A DNA stretch of 63,759 nucleotides, from NCBI GenBank assembly GCA_964355005.1, contig CAYHBX010000001.1, positions 1 through 63,759 on the forward strand. Reading direction: 5' to 3'. Below, piece after piece: positions 8,967-17,128 of this stretch (position 1 is its first letter; every line of letters begins with the position of its first letter). The position numbers and the translations under genes are program-made. The notes under the pieces are model-generated. The model had not been told where the DNA came from and did no database searches. It worked only from the letters and a program-made list of their open reading frames with translations. This DNA comes from an uncultured Candidatus Saccharibacteria bacterium (GTDB lineage Bacteria > Patescibacteriota > Minisyncoccia > UBA6257 > WO2-44-18).

Positions 8967-10313
8967 TTACAACTCACTCCAAGATTTTCCTACCGCCGAA
9001 TCGACTTTTAATTCTACGTTCTGTAATTTATATGCGCCTTCCATGACTTTTTTTATCTCCGGAACAACTTCTGCCACAATTTTGTCATCCACCTCAAAGA
9101 TCAATTCATCGTGAATAGATAGAAGCGGCCGGACCTTATCGCCCCATTTTTGTTTTTTAGCCAACTGCTCAACTTTGATCATCGCCAACTTGATAATGTC
9201 GGCCGCCAACCCTTGAATCGGCATGTTGGTTGCTACCCGCTCGGCCTCGGAAGAAAAACGGCGGTTCGGGTGATTAATGCCGGGCACCATACGGCGCCGG
9301 CCGTTCAAATTTTCCACATAACCCAGCTTTTTCGCCCGCCGGATCATGTCTTCCTGCCAAACCTTCACGGAAGAAAAATCGGAAAAATATTCCTCGATGA
9401 ATTTCTTAGCTTCGGCGGTAGAAATTCCGCCGGTCTGCGCGAAAGCATTCGGACCCATTCCATAGATCACGCCAAAATTTAAAGTCTTCGCCAAACCGCG
9501 CATTTCAGAGGTCACCTTTTCTATCGGCACGTTAAAAACATTAGAAGCGGTCAGTTTGTGAATATCGATCCCTTTCTTAAAAGCCCCGATCATTGCCGGA
9601 TCTCCGGCCACGGAAGCCAGCACCCGCAATTCTATCTGTGAATAATCTAACGAAACTAAACTATTGCCTTGGTCGGCAATAAAAGCGTGGCGGACCTTTT
9701 TCCCCCAGTCTCCCGCGGTGGGAATGTTCTGCAAATTCGGATCCCTTGAACTTAACCGCCCGGTTCCGGTGCCGGTTTGGAGAAAAGTCGTATGTACCCG
9801 ACCATTTTTATCCGCCAGCTCCTGCAAAGGTTTGATATAAGTAGACTGCAATTTATAAAGTTCCCGGTATTTCAGCATCGGCGGCACGATCGGGTGGCGG
9901 TCTTTAATAAAATTCAGAGTCTCGGCATCAGTGGAGTAGGCGCCGGTTTTCTTTTTCAGAATCCCGGCCGGATCTATCTGCAATTTTTCAAATAAAATTT
10001 CGGAAAGCTGCTTCGGGGAGTTCAGATTAAATTCACTGCCGGCTTTTTTATAAACATCCTTCACTAACCGATTTATTTCTTCACTCAACTCCCCATCTAG
10101 CCGCGCTAAATAATCACAATCAACCTTGATTCCGGTTTCATGCATCTCTTCCAAAATTTCCACCAATGGCAATTCAATATTCCGGTAGATTATGTCCAGG
10201 CCGTTATTTTCCAGCCTCTGCTCAAGTTGCGCCAAATTATCCGGCAACGCCTGATGTTTATCCGGATCCAGCAGCCATTGAGCCAATTCAATTTTTTTCG
10301 CCTCGCTGATCAT
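8967..10313 (-). CDS. polA: DNA polymerase I, polymerase domain only
   Basis: DYSQIELRVLA and HDELIFEV motifs. No 3'-5' exonuclease domain. Confidence 0.9.
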   Translation of the reverse strand: MISEAKKIELAQWLLDPDKHQALPDNLAQLEQRLENNGLDIIYRNIELPLVEILEEMHETGIKVDCDYLARLDGELSEEINRLVKDVYKKAGSEFNLNSPKQLSEILFEKLQIDPAGILKKKTGAYSTDAETLNFIKDRHPIVPPMLKYRELYKLQSTYIKPLQELADKNGRVHTTFLQTGTGTGRLSSRDPNLQNIPTAGDWGKKVRHAFIADQGNSLVSLDYSQIELRVLASVAGDPAMIGAFKKGIDIHKLTASNVFNVPIEKVTSEMRGLAKTLNFGVIYGMGPNAFAQTGGISTAEAKKFIEEYFSDFSSVKVWQEDMIRRAKKLGYVENLNGRRRMVPGINHPNRRFSSEAERVATNMPIQGLAADIIKLAMIKVEQLAKKQKWGDKVRPLLSIHDELIFEVDDKIVAEVVPEIKKVMEGAYKLQNVELKVDSAVGKSWSEL

Positions 10314-10315
10314 TA

Positions 10316-11218
10316 TTATTTTCCCAGCCGTTCAACCAAGCTCTTGAAGCCAAGAGATTGGAAGAATTTTTGCAAAACTTCTTTGTTGAGGGGTGACGCC
10401 TTCAATTCTTCCAGATCTTTTATTTCCATCGGGGCGTCGCGGCGCATTGTTGCCAGCCGCTTGGAAGCGAGCGCGATGTCTTTTTGGCCTTCCAGTTTTT
10501 TGGCGGCCGATTTCTGCGTGAGAATCGCGATATTTTCAAAAACTTCCTCCAAAGTTTTAAACTCTTTTAATAAATCGGCGGCGGTCTTCGGACCAATCCC
10601 CATGACTCCCGGAATGTTATCAGAAACGTCACCCACTAAACCTTTATAATCCGGAAGTTGGGCTGGTTTCAAACCATAACGTTCAATGACCGCTTTTTCG
10701 TCATAAATTTTGGTTTCGGTGATTCCGGTTTTGAAAATTTCCGCCACCACTTTTTCATTTTCTACCAACTGGAGATTATCCAAATCACCGGAAAGTATGA
10801 CGATTTTTAGACCGGTTTCTTTTTTATACCGTTCGGTAATGGTCGCGATAATGTCATCCGCCTCAAAGCCGGCGACGGACAAAGTTTTAATGCCAAATTT
10901 TTTAAAAACCTCCGGCATCAAAATGATCTGGCTGACCAATTCATTAGCGGTCGGCGGACGCTGGGCTTTATATTCTTTGTATTCCTGCTCGCGAAAAGTC
11001 GGCTCGGGCCGATCCAACGCGGCTACCGCGTAATCCGGAGGGACTCGTCCTGAGCCTGTCGAAGGATTCAAAATCTTCAGCAACACGCCGCAAAGTCCGT
11101 ACAGGGCATTTGTCGGCTGTCCCGCCGGTCCGGTGAATGGCGGCAAGGCGTGGAAAAACCGATGGATTAGCGCGCTGGCGTCAATAAGCAATAATACGCT
11201 CTGTTTCTTTTGCTCCAT
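10316..11218 (-). CDS. 5'-3' exonuclease (FEN domain of Pol I as a separate ORF)
   Basis: LLIDASALIHRFFHA, GDLDNLQL and GVMGIGPKTA motifs. TAA stop lies 2 nt before the ATG of 8967-10313. Confidence 0.9.
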   Translation of the reverse strand: MEQKKQSVLLLIDASALIHRFFHALPPFTGPAGQPTNALYGLCGVLLKILNPSTGSGRVPPDYAVAALDRPEPTFREQEYKEYKAQRPPTANELVSQIILMPEVFKKFGIKTLSVAGFEADDIIATITERYKKETGLKIVILSGDLDNLQLVENEKVVAEIFKTGITETKIYDEKAVIERYGLKPAQLPDYKGLVGDVSDNIPGVMGIGPKTAADLLKEFKTLEEVFENIAILTQKSAAKKLEGQKDIALASKRLATMRRDAPMEIKDLEELKASPLNKEVLQKFFQSLGFKSLVERLGK

Positions 11219-11624
11219 GAGAGAAGTTTAACCAAATAGTGTCTTTCGGCAAAATTTTTTTTATTTTATCGGCCCATTCAACAAGCACAATGTTAAATGG
11301 CGAATGGATAATGGAAGAAAAATCTAAAACATCCAGCTCTCCGATGTCATCTATTCTATAAGCGTCAACGTGATATAAAAGTTTAAAGTTTAAAGTTGCA
11401 AGTTTGTAATTTCGAAAAATCAAAAAGGTCGGGCTGAGAAGATGCCGTTTGATCCCTAACGCCTTCGCGAACCCCTGCGCAAAAGCCGTTTTGCCGGCTC
11501 CAAGATCGCCGACTAAAGCTATTACCCGAGCGTGTTTCTGATGCGGGCCGGATTTTAAAATATCGGCAGCAATTTTTTTTGCCAATTTGTGGGTATCGGC
11601 AAGTTTTTTGGAAATAAGTTTCAT
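11181..11624 (-). CDS. tsaE: tRNA t6A biosynthesis ATPase TsaE
   Basis: LVGDLGAGKTAFAQGFAKALGI motif, about 147 aa. Confidence 0.8.
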   Translation of the reverse strand: MKLISKKLADTHKLAKKIAADILKSGPHQKHARVIALVGDLGAGKTAFAQGFAKALGIKRHLLSPTFLIFRNYKLATLNFKLLYHVDAYRIDDIGELDVLDFSSIIHSPFNIVLVEWADKIKKILPKDTIWLNFSHGAKETERIIAY

Positions 11625-11743
11625 CCCTCACACAACAAAGAGTTTAGTAATTCTCTCTCTGTTCTTTTAAATAAGTTTATACTCTGCATAAACCGGCCAT
11701 CGACTTTTCTGGAATTGCTGCCACGCTCTTTGTTGTGTGAGGG
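11625..11743. mobile_element. 119-bp TIR element (CCCTCACACAACAAAGAG / CTCTTTGTTGTGTGAGGG)
   Basis: Perfect 18-bp terminal inverted repeat. The left end abuts the tsaE start codon. The termini resemble those at 25237, 59259 and 60528. Confidence 0.6.
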
Positions 11744-11806
11744 ATTCATCTCTTGAGTCTGGCAAAAATCCGAGTATATTAAAAGTGTTCTTTAAAGGAG
11801 CGGAAT

Positions 11807-12124
11807 ATGACAGCAACTGTTTGGAATCTGGGTTGGGTAATATTCAGTTTTACCGCGGCTATCTTTATTCTGTACGCCGTGGAAGCGCGCAGACGAAAAA
11901 AACGGAAAGAAGAGCTCGAAAGGCAATCGTCCGGTTATCGTTTGACGGAACGAGCCGCCGAATACCGATTACTCTGGTCCAAACAAATACTCGCCGCGAT
12001 CGACGCCCGATGCAAAGAGATCCTTCAAAAAGCCGGCGCCGATACCATCGACGAACAAGTTATCCAGCAAGCAATTCTCGAAGTGGCCCACAACGAATGG
12101 GTCAAGCTAAGCAATCGACGTTAG
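11807..12124 (+). CDS. hypothetical single-pass membrane protein
   Basis: N-terminal TM helix; own terminator at 12128-12154. Confidence 0.5.
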   Translation: MTATVWNLGWVIFSFTAAIFILYAVEARRRKKRKEELERQSSGYRLTERAAEYRLLWSKQILAAIDARCKEILQKAGADTIDEQVIQQAILEVAHNEWVKLSNRR

Positions 12125-12127
12125 ATC

Positions 12128-12154
12128 AAAAACCCGCGGGAACGCGGGTTTTTT
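12128..12154. terminator. bidirectional intrinsic terminator
   Basis: A-run, acccgcg-ggaa-cgcgggt, T-run, between convergent genes. Confidence 0.75.
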
Positions 12155-13160
12155 ATTTCATCAAAGAGTCCGGCAAAGAAATTCCTAAGTGCCTATAAGC
12201 ATCCGCCGTCACTACCCGGCCGGCGGGAGTGCGCGCCAAAAGGCCAATGCTCATTAAATAAGGCTCGTACACGTCTTCCACGTTGCCACGGTCGTCGTTC
12301 AGCGCCGCAGCCAAAGTAGCCGCCCCCACCGGTCCGCCATTAAATTTCTTGATAATAGTTTCCAGCAAACGCCGGTCCTGCGGCTCAAGACCAAGTTTAT
12401 CAACTTCCAGCATCTCCAAGGTCTTATTCGCTACATCCGCGCTTATGATCCCGGAAGAACGCACATCGGAATAATCCCGAACCCTTTTTAATAATCGATT
12501 AGCGACCCGTGGAGTAAAGCGGGAGGCGCCGGAAATAATTTTTACGGCCTCGGAGGCAATGTCCAAATTCAAAACTCTCGCTGAACGCTTAACAATCTCT
12601 TCAATATCGGGCGTTTCATAATAATCCAATTTAAAAGAAGCGCCGAAACGCGAACGAAGCGGACCGGAAAGCAAACTCGGCCGGGTTGTGGCGGCGATCA
12701 GAGTAAAAGGGGGCAAGTCCAAAGCCAGCATCCGTGCCGCCGGTCCCTTCCCGACGATCAAATGCAATTTGCGGGCCTCCATTGCCGGATACAAAACTTC
12801 TTCAATTGATTTATTTAATCGATGCGCCTCATCTATGAAAAGAACATCGTTCCTCTCCAAATTGGTAAGAACGGCGGCCAGATCCCCCATTTTCTCCAGC
12901 GCCGGCCCGGAAGTAATTTTTATATTGGAGCTAAGTTCTTTGGCAACCAAATGCGCGAGCGTAGTTTTCCCAAGCCCGGCTTGTCCGTAGAACAATAAAT
13001 GATCGCAGGCCTCTCCCCGCTTTTTTGCCGCTTCCAAAATGATCTTCAGATTATTTTTGACTTTTTCCTGCCCGATATACTCGTTCCAACCCGATGGGCG
13101 CAGCAAAGAATCAATGGTCAGCTCCTCAGCCGGCAATTTTTCCTCAATACTTCCTTCCAT
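12153..13160 (-). CDS. ruvB: Holliday junction DNA helicase RuvB
   Basis: GQAGLGKTTLA Walker A, FIDEAHRL, conserved RuvB C-terminus. Confidence 0.95.
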   Translation of the reverse strand: MEGSIEEKLPAEELTIDSLLRPSGWNEYIGQEKVKNNLKIILEAAKKRGEACDHLLFYGQAGLGKTTLAHLVAKELSSNIKITSGPALEKMGDLAAVLTNLERNDVLFIDEAHRLNKSIEEVLYPAMEARKLHLIVGKGPAARMLALDLPPFTLIAATTRPSLLSGPLRSRFGASFKLDYYETPDIEEIVKRSARVLNLDIASEAVKIISGASRFTPRVANRLLKRVRDYSDVRSSGIISADVANKTLEMLEVDKLGLEPQDRRLLETIIKKFNGGPVGAATLAAALNDDRGNVEDVYEPYLMSIGLLARTPAGRVVTADAYRHLGISLPDSLMK

Positions 13161-13253
13161 TATTTAATTTAACCACCAAAAACCCCCCAACAACAGGGGC
13201 TTGACTGGTTTTCGCGTTACTTATAATATTTCCCTTTGAGTGCTTTAGGGGGG

Positions 13254-13282
13254 TTGACACGGAAGCATAACTATGCTAGAAT
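13254..13282 (+). promoter_or_regulatory. near-consensus orphan promoter
   Basis: TTGACA, 17 nt, TGCTAGAAT. No plus-strand ORF follows. Confidence 0.55.
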
Positions 13283-13289
13283 GCACTCG

Positions 13290-13447
13290 TTTAAGTACAT
13301 TGATCTGTGGGCGGGAACTTTTCTTAGCATATCGGATAGTTTGGCTCCGGCTGAATTACTCCTCGGAAAAATTCTAATCTTTTCTAAATTTATTTAGAAA
13401 AGCCTTTACATATTTCTCGGCTTGCCGAGATTTGCCCACAGATCAAT
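13290..13447 (+). ncRNA. candidate structured small RNA (unclassified)
   Basis: A 14-bp closing helix (13299-13312 with 13434-13447) encloses local hairpins cttttctaaat/atttagaaaag and tctcgg/ccgaga. Confidence 0.35.
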
Positions 13448-13598
13448 TTACTGAAACCAAGCGATGAATCGCTTGAAGCTCCAAACTCTAATATCTAAGC
13501 TCTAAATAAGTTCAAAATTCTAATGTTCTAAACTTTAGAATTTGTTATTTAGATATTGTTTAGGGTTTAGAATTTAGGATTTAGAATTTGAAATTTTC

Positions 13599-15272
13599 CT
13601 ACCAACGCAGAGGCCCCGTCACGCCCTCCACTTCATCAAAAGTCGTAATGCCGGATAAAGTTTTCAAAACTCCGTCCTGTTGCATAGTGACCATTCCTTG
13701 TTTGATGGCATAACGCTGGATCACCGCCTCCCCGGTCGCCGGAGAGATCATTTCCTCCAATCCTTCGTCTACCAGCAATAACTCCATTACCGCGATCCGG
13801 CCCCGATAACCGATGCCGGAGCATTTTACGCACCCTTTCGGTTTAAATAATTTAGGCTTCTCGTATTCTGCCCGATTCACCCTTTTGGGTAGCCCGGTGA
13901 AAAAATGTTTAAGCCTCGCCTCCAAATCGGCGGAAACTTTATCCTCAATTTTACAATTCTCGCACAATTTCCGGACCAACCTCTGCGCGATCACTAGACT
14001 CAAAGCAGGCCCCAAGCTGGCCGGTTTTACTCCTAAGTCCATAAATCTGGGTACCGCGCCGGCGGCGGAATTGGCATGTAAAGTTGAAAACACTAAGTGA
14101 CCGGTAAGGGCCGCTTGGATAGCAATATCGCCGGTTTCTTTGTCGCGGACCTCACCCACTAAAATAACATCAGGGTCTTGTCGCATAATGGAGCGCAATC
14201 CGGACGCGAAATCATATCCGGCATCCTGGTCAACTTGGGTCTGCTCAACGCCCTGCAGGTGATACTCGATCGGGTCTTCAATAGTGATCATTTTGATCCC
14301 GCCGGAAAGTTTACTTAAAAGAAAAGCGTACAGAGTGGTGGTTTTTCCGGAACCCGTCGGACCGGTGTTGAGGATCATGCCATTCGGCTGTTTCAATTGA
14401 TCCCGGATGATATCCAGATCGTCATTGCGCAAACCCAATTGTTCCAAGGTAAGCCGGATAGCCGCCGGGTCTAAGATACGCATCACGATGGTTTCGCCAT
14501 ATTCCGACGGGATAATAGAAACGCGCATTTCAATATCCGCTTCATCAAGCCGAATGGTGAACCGTCCGTCCTGCGGAACATTAGTAACGTTAAGTTTTAA
14601 ATTAGAAAGTAATTTGATCCGGGAAACAACCAATTTATAGATATTCAAAGGAAGACCGCTTAAAACTTCCTGCAGGGCGCCGTCAATCCTATATCGCAGG
14701 CGGGTTCCTTTTTCTTCGGCCTCAAAGTGAATATCAGAAACGCGGTTATTCAACGCTCCCGCTAGCACTACTTCCAAGATCTGCCCGGTCGGCAAAGTTT
14801 TAAAATCAAAATTAAGAACCGCTTTTTTGACTTTCTCCAGATCGGTCAATTGCTGACGCAATTCTTTCAAACGAGTTTCTTCAATATCAACTTTTCCAGT
14901 GATCCCCTCCACGCTAGAAACTATGAATTTATAAAATTCCCACACATGAACAAGCCCGCTAAAAGAAGCAATGAATATCTTTGCCTGCTTACCCTCGGAG
15001 GCAAGTCTTTTAATCAGCTCGTCCACGCCCTTCGCCCGTGGATCATAAATGGCCAGCGCTATTTCTTTTTCTTTTGATTGGAAGGGGGCAAGCCGGAGGC
15101 GGCGCGCTTCTTCCTCTTTTACGAACTTAAGAGACTCGATTTGAATCGGAGCGGTCGCCAAACTGAGGTAGGGGTAACCGGTCATTCCGGCTCTATTTTG
15201 AGCATCCCGTTCTTCAGCCTCCCGCCTTATTTTAACCAGTTGATCGTCTAAACTTTTAACCGCTTGTAGCAT
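13599..15272 (-). CDS. type II/IV secretion ATPase (GspE/PilB family)
   Basis: GPTGSGKTTT Walker A, Asp and His boxes, C-terminal CxxC pairs. Start moved to MLQAVKS because the longer ORF runs through the divergent promoter. Confidence 0.9.
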   Translation of the reverse strand: MLQAVKSLDDQLVKIRREAEERDAQNRAGMTGYPYLSLATAPIQIESLKFVKEEEARRLRLAPFQSKEKEIALAIYDPRAKGVDELIKRLASEGKQAKIFIASFSGLVHVWEFYKFIVSSVEGITGKVDIEETRLKELRQQLTDLEKVKKAVLNFDFKTLPTGQILEVVLAGALNNRVSDIHFEAEEKGTRLRYRIDGALQEVLSGLPLNIYKLVVSRIKLLSNLKLNVTNVPQDGRFTIRLDEADIEMRVSIIPSEYGETIVMRILDPAAIRLTLEQLGLRNDDLDIIRDQLKQPNGMILNTGPTGSGKTTTLYAFLLSKLSGGIKMITIEDPIEYHLQGVEQTQVDQDAGYDFASGLRSIMRQDPDVILVGEVRDKETGDIAIQAALTGHLVFSTLHANSAAGAVPRFMDLGVKPASLGPALSLVIAQRLVRKLCENCKIEDKVSADLEARLKHFFTGLPKRVNRAEYEKPKLFKPKGCVKCSGIGYRGRIAVMELLLVDEGLEEMISPATGEAVIQRYAIKQGMVTMQQDGVLKTLSGITTFDEVEGVTGPLRW

Positions 15273-15305
15273 TATTTTTATTCTAACACACCACTTAACC
15301 AGCCC

Positions 15306-15335
15306 TTGACAAAATAGGCTTAGCCGTGCTAGAAT
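15306..15335 (+). promoter_or_regulatory. near-consensus promoter
   Basis: TTGACA, 18 nt, TGCTAGAAT. Confidence 0.65.
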
Positions 15336-15392
15336 ACCCCAGTTAGAAGTTAGCCGCACTTTCACAAAAACCCCCAAACAAGGAGGTCAGAA

Positions 15393-15776
15393 ATGCGAAA
15401 ATTCCTGTGGATCCTGCTGTTGGTGCCCCTGCCTCTGTTGTCCGGCTGTTCTCTGACCGCCAAGATCGGCAATTGGTCGATCTGGTCGGCAACGGCAACC
15501 AACGTTACTGTTGTCAACAACACCGAAAATTTGTATTTCGATCTGATTCTGAATGGGAAAAAGGTGCGCCCGGACTTAATTCCGCCCGGTAGCCATGGAA
15601 CTTTCGGGCTTCGAAATTTTACCGATCAACACAAAGGGTACGGCTTGGTGATCAAAGCTTACGACGGCTCCGGCAATGTTGTCGGAGTGACAACCGAGGA
15701 ATTCACTCTGGGTTCGTACCAAGCAAGCAATCACACTCTGGTGCTGGACTCAACCGACTTCTCAAAAAGGAGGTGA
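15393..15776 (+). CDS. small lipoprotein (GC-rich cassette)
   Basis: Signal peptide with LLSGC lipobox; AAGGAGG SD. Confidence 0.65.
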   Translation: MRKFLWILLLVPLPLLSGCSLTAKIGNWSIWSATATNVTVVNNTENLYFDLILNGKKVRPDLIPPGSHGTFGLRNFTDQHKGYGLVIKAYDGSGNVVGVTTEEFTLGSYQASNHTLVLDSTDFSKRR

Positions 15777-15779
15777 GCT

Positions 15780-15971
15780 GTGTTACATGAAAACGGATGG
15801 GCGCTCGTCGTGAACCCCAAAAATTCCAGTCTTGTTTTCCGACTGGACCCCAATGCCCCGACGGACGCGAGAATCATCGAGGCCGCCGAGGCGATGAAAA
15901 AAGAGGGGCGCGACCAGTCAGAGATCGACCAGGAAATCGTCCGACTGATTCACGAGGCCTACCCCGGCTAA
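15780..15971 (+). CDS. small hypothetical protein
   Basis: GTG start 3 nt after the upstream stop, with AGGAGG upstream. Confidence 0.45.
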   Translation: MLHENGWALVVNPKNSSLVFRLDPNAPTDARIIEAAEAMKKEGRDQSEIDQEIVRLIHEAYPG

Positions 15972-16014
15972 CTGGGAGAAACCGAGAACCCGTAAGTAGC
16001 AAGTGGCCGGGGGG

Positions 16015-16065
16015 CCCCGCACCTAATTGGAGGTGACAAATTTCTCACCGCGCGTAGGTGCGGGG
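16015..16065. repeat. long-form CCCCGCACCTA...TAGGTGCGGGG two-stem hairpin (copy 1)
   Basis: 11-bp outer stem, internal loop, inner stem GGTGA/TCACC. Confidence 0.85.
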
Positions 16066-16097
16066 TAGACTCCACCGGCAGACGGGCGGGAGGGTGG

Positions 16098-16122
16098 CCC
16101 CGCACACTCAAAGTGTGCGGGG
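16098..16122. repeat. short CCCCGCAC hairpin inside the 5' fragment of an old tRNA-Leu
   Basis: ccccgcacac-tcaaa-gtgtgcgggg, preceded by GGGAGGG-TGG and followed by the D-loop-like TAAACTCCATCGGCAGAC. Confidence 0.8.
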
Positions 16123-16143
16123 TAAACTCCATCGGCAGACTTG

Positions 16144-16280
16144 CCCCGTCACTAAATTTGCTGCCGCCAGGATGGCGAAATCGGCAAACGCGCCGGGCTT
16201 AAAATCCGGTGGCCTAATAAGCCTTGTGGGTTCGACTCCTACTCCTGGCATAAGCCAGCACAGCAAATTTTAGTGCGGGG
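16144..16280. mobile_element. 137-bp TIR element carrying a complete tRNA-Leu
   Basis: 20-nt arms ccccgtcactaaatttgctg / cagcaaattttagtgcgggg flank the tRNA at 16166-16250. Confidence 0.6.
16166..16250 (+). tRNA. tRNA-Leu (anticodon TAA)
   Basis: Hand-folded cloverleaf: acceptor GCCAGGA/TCCTGGC, anticodon loop CTTAAAA, long variable arm, T-loop TTCGACT. Confidence 0.85.
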
Positions 16281-16341
16281 CGCACAGGATTTAAAATCCG
16301 GTGTCCCTAGGGACGTGTGGGTTCAACTCCCACCCCTTCCA
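16273..16341 (+). pseudogene. 3' portion of an interrupted tRNA-Leu (TAA); matching 5' portion at 16088-16143
   Basis: Anticodon arm CAGGA-TTTAAAA-TCCGG, variable arm, T-arm and acceptor strand CCCTTCC, which pairs with GGGAGGG at 16088-16094 (one G-T pair). Confidence 0.55.
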
Positions 16342-16343
16342 TC

Positions 16344-16458
16344 GGCCGAGTGGTCCCCGCACCTAATGTTGGGTGCGGGACAGGCTCCATTGGCAGGCGC
16401 GGCGGATTCAAAATCCGTTGAGCGAAAGCTCGTGTGGGTTCGACTCCCACCTCGGCCA
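16344..16458 (+). tRNA. tRNA-Leu (anticodon CAA) with a roughly 29-nt extra hairpin in the D region
   Basis: Acceptor GGCCGAG/CTCGGCC, anticodon loop TTCAAAA, variable arm and T-arm are intact. It is 115 nt instead of about 86 because of the hairpin at 16355-16379. Confidence 0.55.
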
Positions 16459-16517
16459 TGTTCTTCCGGGGAAAACCCCGGAAGATTTCCTTCAACGATC
16501 CTTTCGGGAGACAGAAG

Positions 16518-16940
16518 ATGGCAACGGAAACCGTACATGACACAGTCACGTTGGTCGGGAACTCTGAATTGGAAGTAGCGGGCAATGGAACCGGAGTAGG
16601 AACAAGACAGCTCTCCGGCACGATCAAGGAAATGATTGCGGATTTCATGCGAAGCGAAGTAGCGAAAAAAGATGGCTTCAGGATCCTCTCTATCGCCCAA
16701 AGTCAGTCATACAATCCCCGCAAGAACGTGGCCGACGTAACAATCACGATCGCTTTTTCCTTCTTCGGTGAGCAATCAGAGCGACCGAGTCAGCGATTCG
16801 ACCCGAAAAAGATTGAGGAGTCGTCAAAGTTCTCCTCGAGGGCACCCGCGGTTCGCCAGCCGGAAGTTCCGGTGGCTCACAGCGCAATGCCGGACCGCGC
16901 CTCGAGCGTCCCGCAGGTCCGGCCCGCAAATTCGCGGTAA
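16518..16940 (+). CDS. hypothetical protein (GC-rich cassette)
   Basis: ATG after GGGAGA. The longer upstream ORF overlaps the tRNA. Own terminator. Confidence 0.5.
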   Translation: MATETVHDTVTLVGNSELEVAGNGTGVGTRQLSGTIKEMIADFMRSEVAKKDGFRILSIAQSQSYNPRKNVADVTITIAFSFFGEQSERPSQRFDPKKIEESSKFSSRAPAVRQPEVPVAHSAMPDRASSVPQVRPANSR

Positions 16941-16948
16941 GCAGTACG

Positions 16949-16974
16949 CCGCCCCTAACCGGGGCGGTTTTTTT
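16949..16974 (+). terminator. intrinsic terminator
   Basis: ccgcccc-taac-cggggcgg plus T7. Confidence 0.8.
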
Positions 16975-17020
16975 GTTCCACTTTTCCACGCGAGTAACCG
17001 CGTGTTGAGAAAACTGCGAA

Positions 17021-17069
17021 CCCCGCACCTAGTTGGAGGTTAGGACTCTAACCTCTTATAGGTGCGGGG
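17021..17069. repeat. long-form CCCCGCACCTA hairpin (copy 2)
   Basis: Inner stem GGTTAG/CTAACC is compensatory relative to the other copies. Confidence 0.85.
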
Positions 17070-17128
17070 TGCTCTTGCTTCTAGATAAATTTCTTGCGGA
17101 TAACCTTAGAAATTTATAGAATCAAGGC

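Noticed and set aside
16015-16389. A cluster of CCCCGCAC hairpins looked at first like a small CRISPR array.
   Set aside because: The units differ in length and sequence, spacing is irregular, the intervening DNA is tRNA-derived, and no cas genes are present.
16058-16700. ORFs 16058-16273, 16273-16578, 16307-16648 and 16323-16700.
   Set aside because: They run through tRNA genes and hairpin elements and have no translation signals. Only the part from the ATG at 16518 is kept as a CDS.
16015-17069. A classical integron (attC sites) as the identity of the hairpins next to the cassettes.
   Set aside because: No intI-like integrase or attI is present. The hairpin ends are CCCCGCACCTA/TAGGTGCGGGG rather than the RYYYAAC/GTTRRRY cores. 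The cassettes carry their own promoters and are scattered rather than arrayed. The idea is kept only as a loose analogy.
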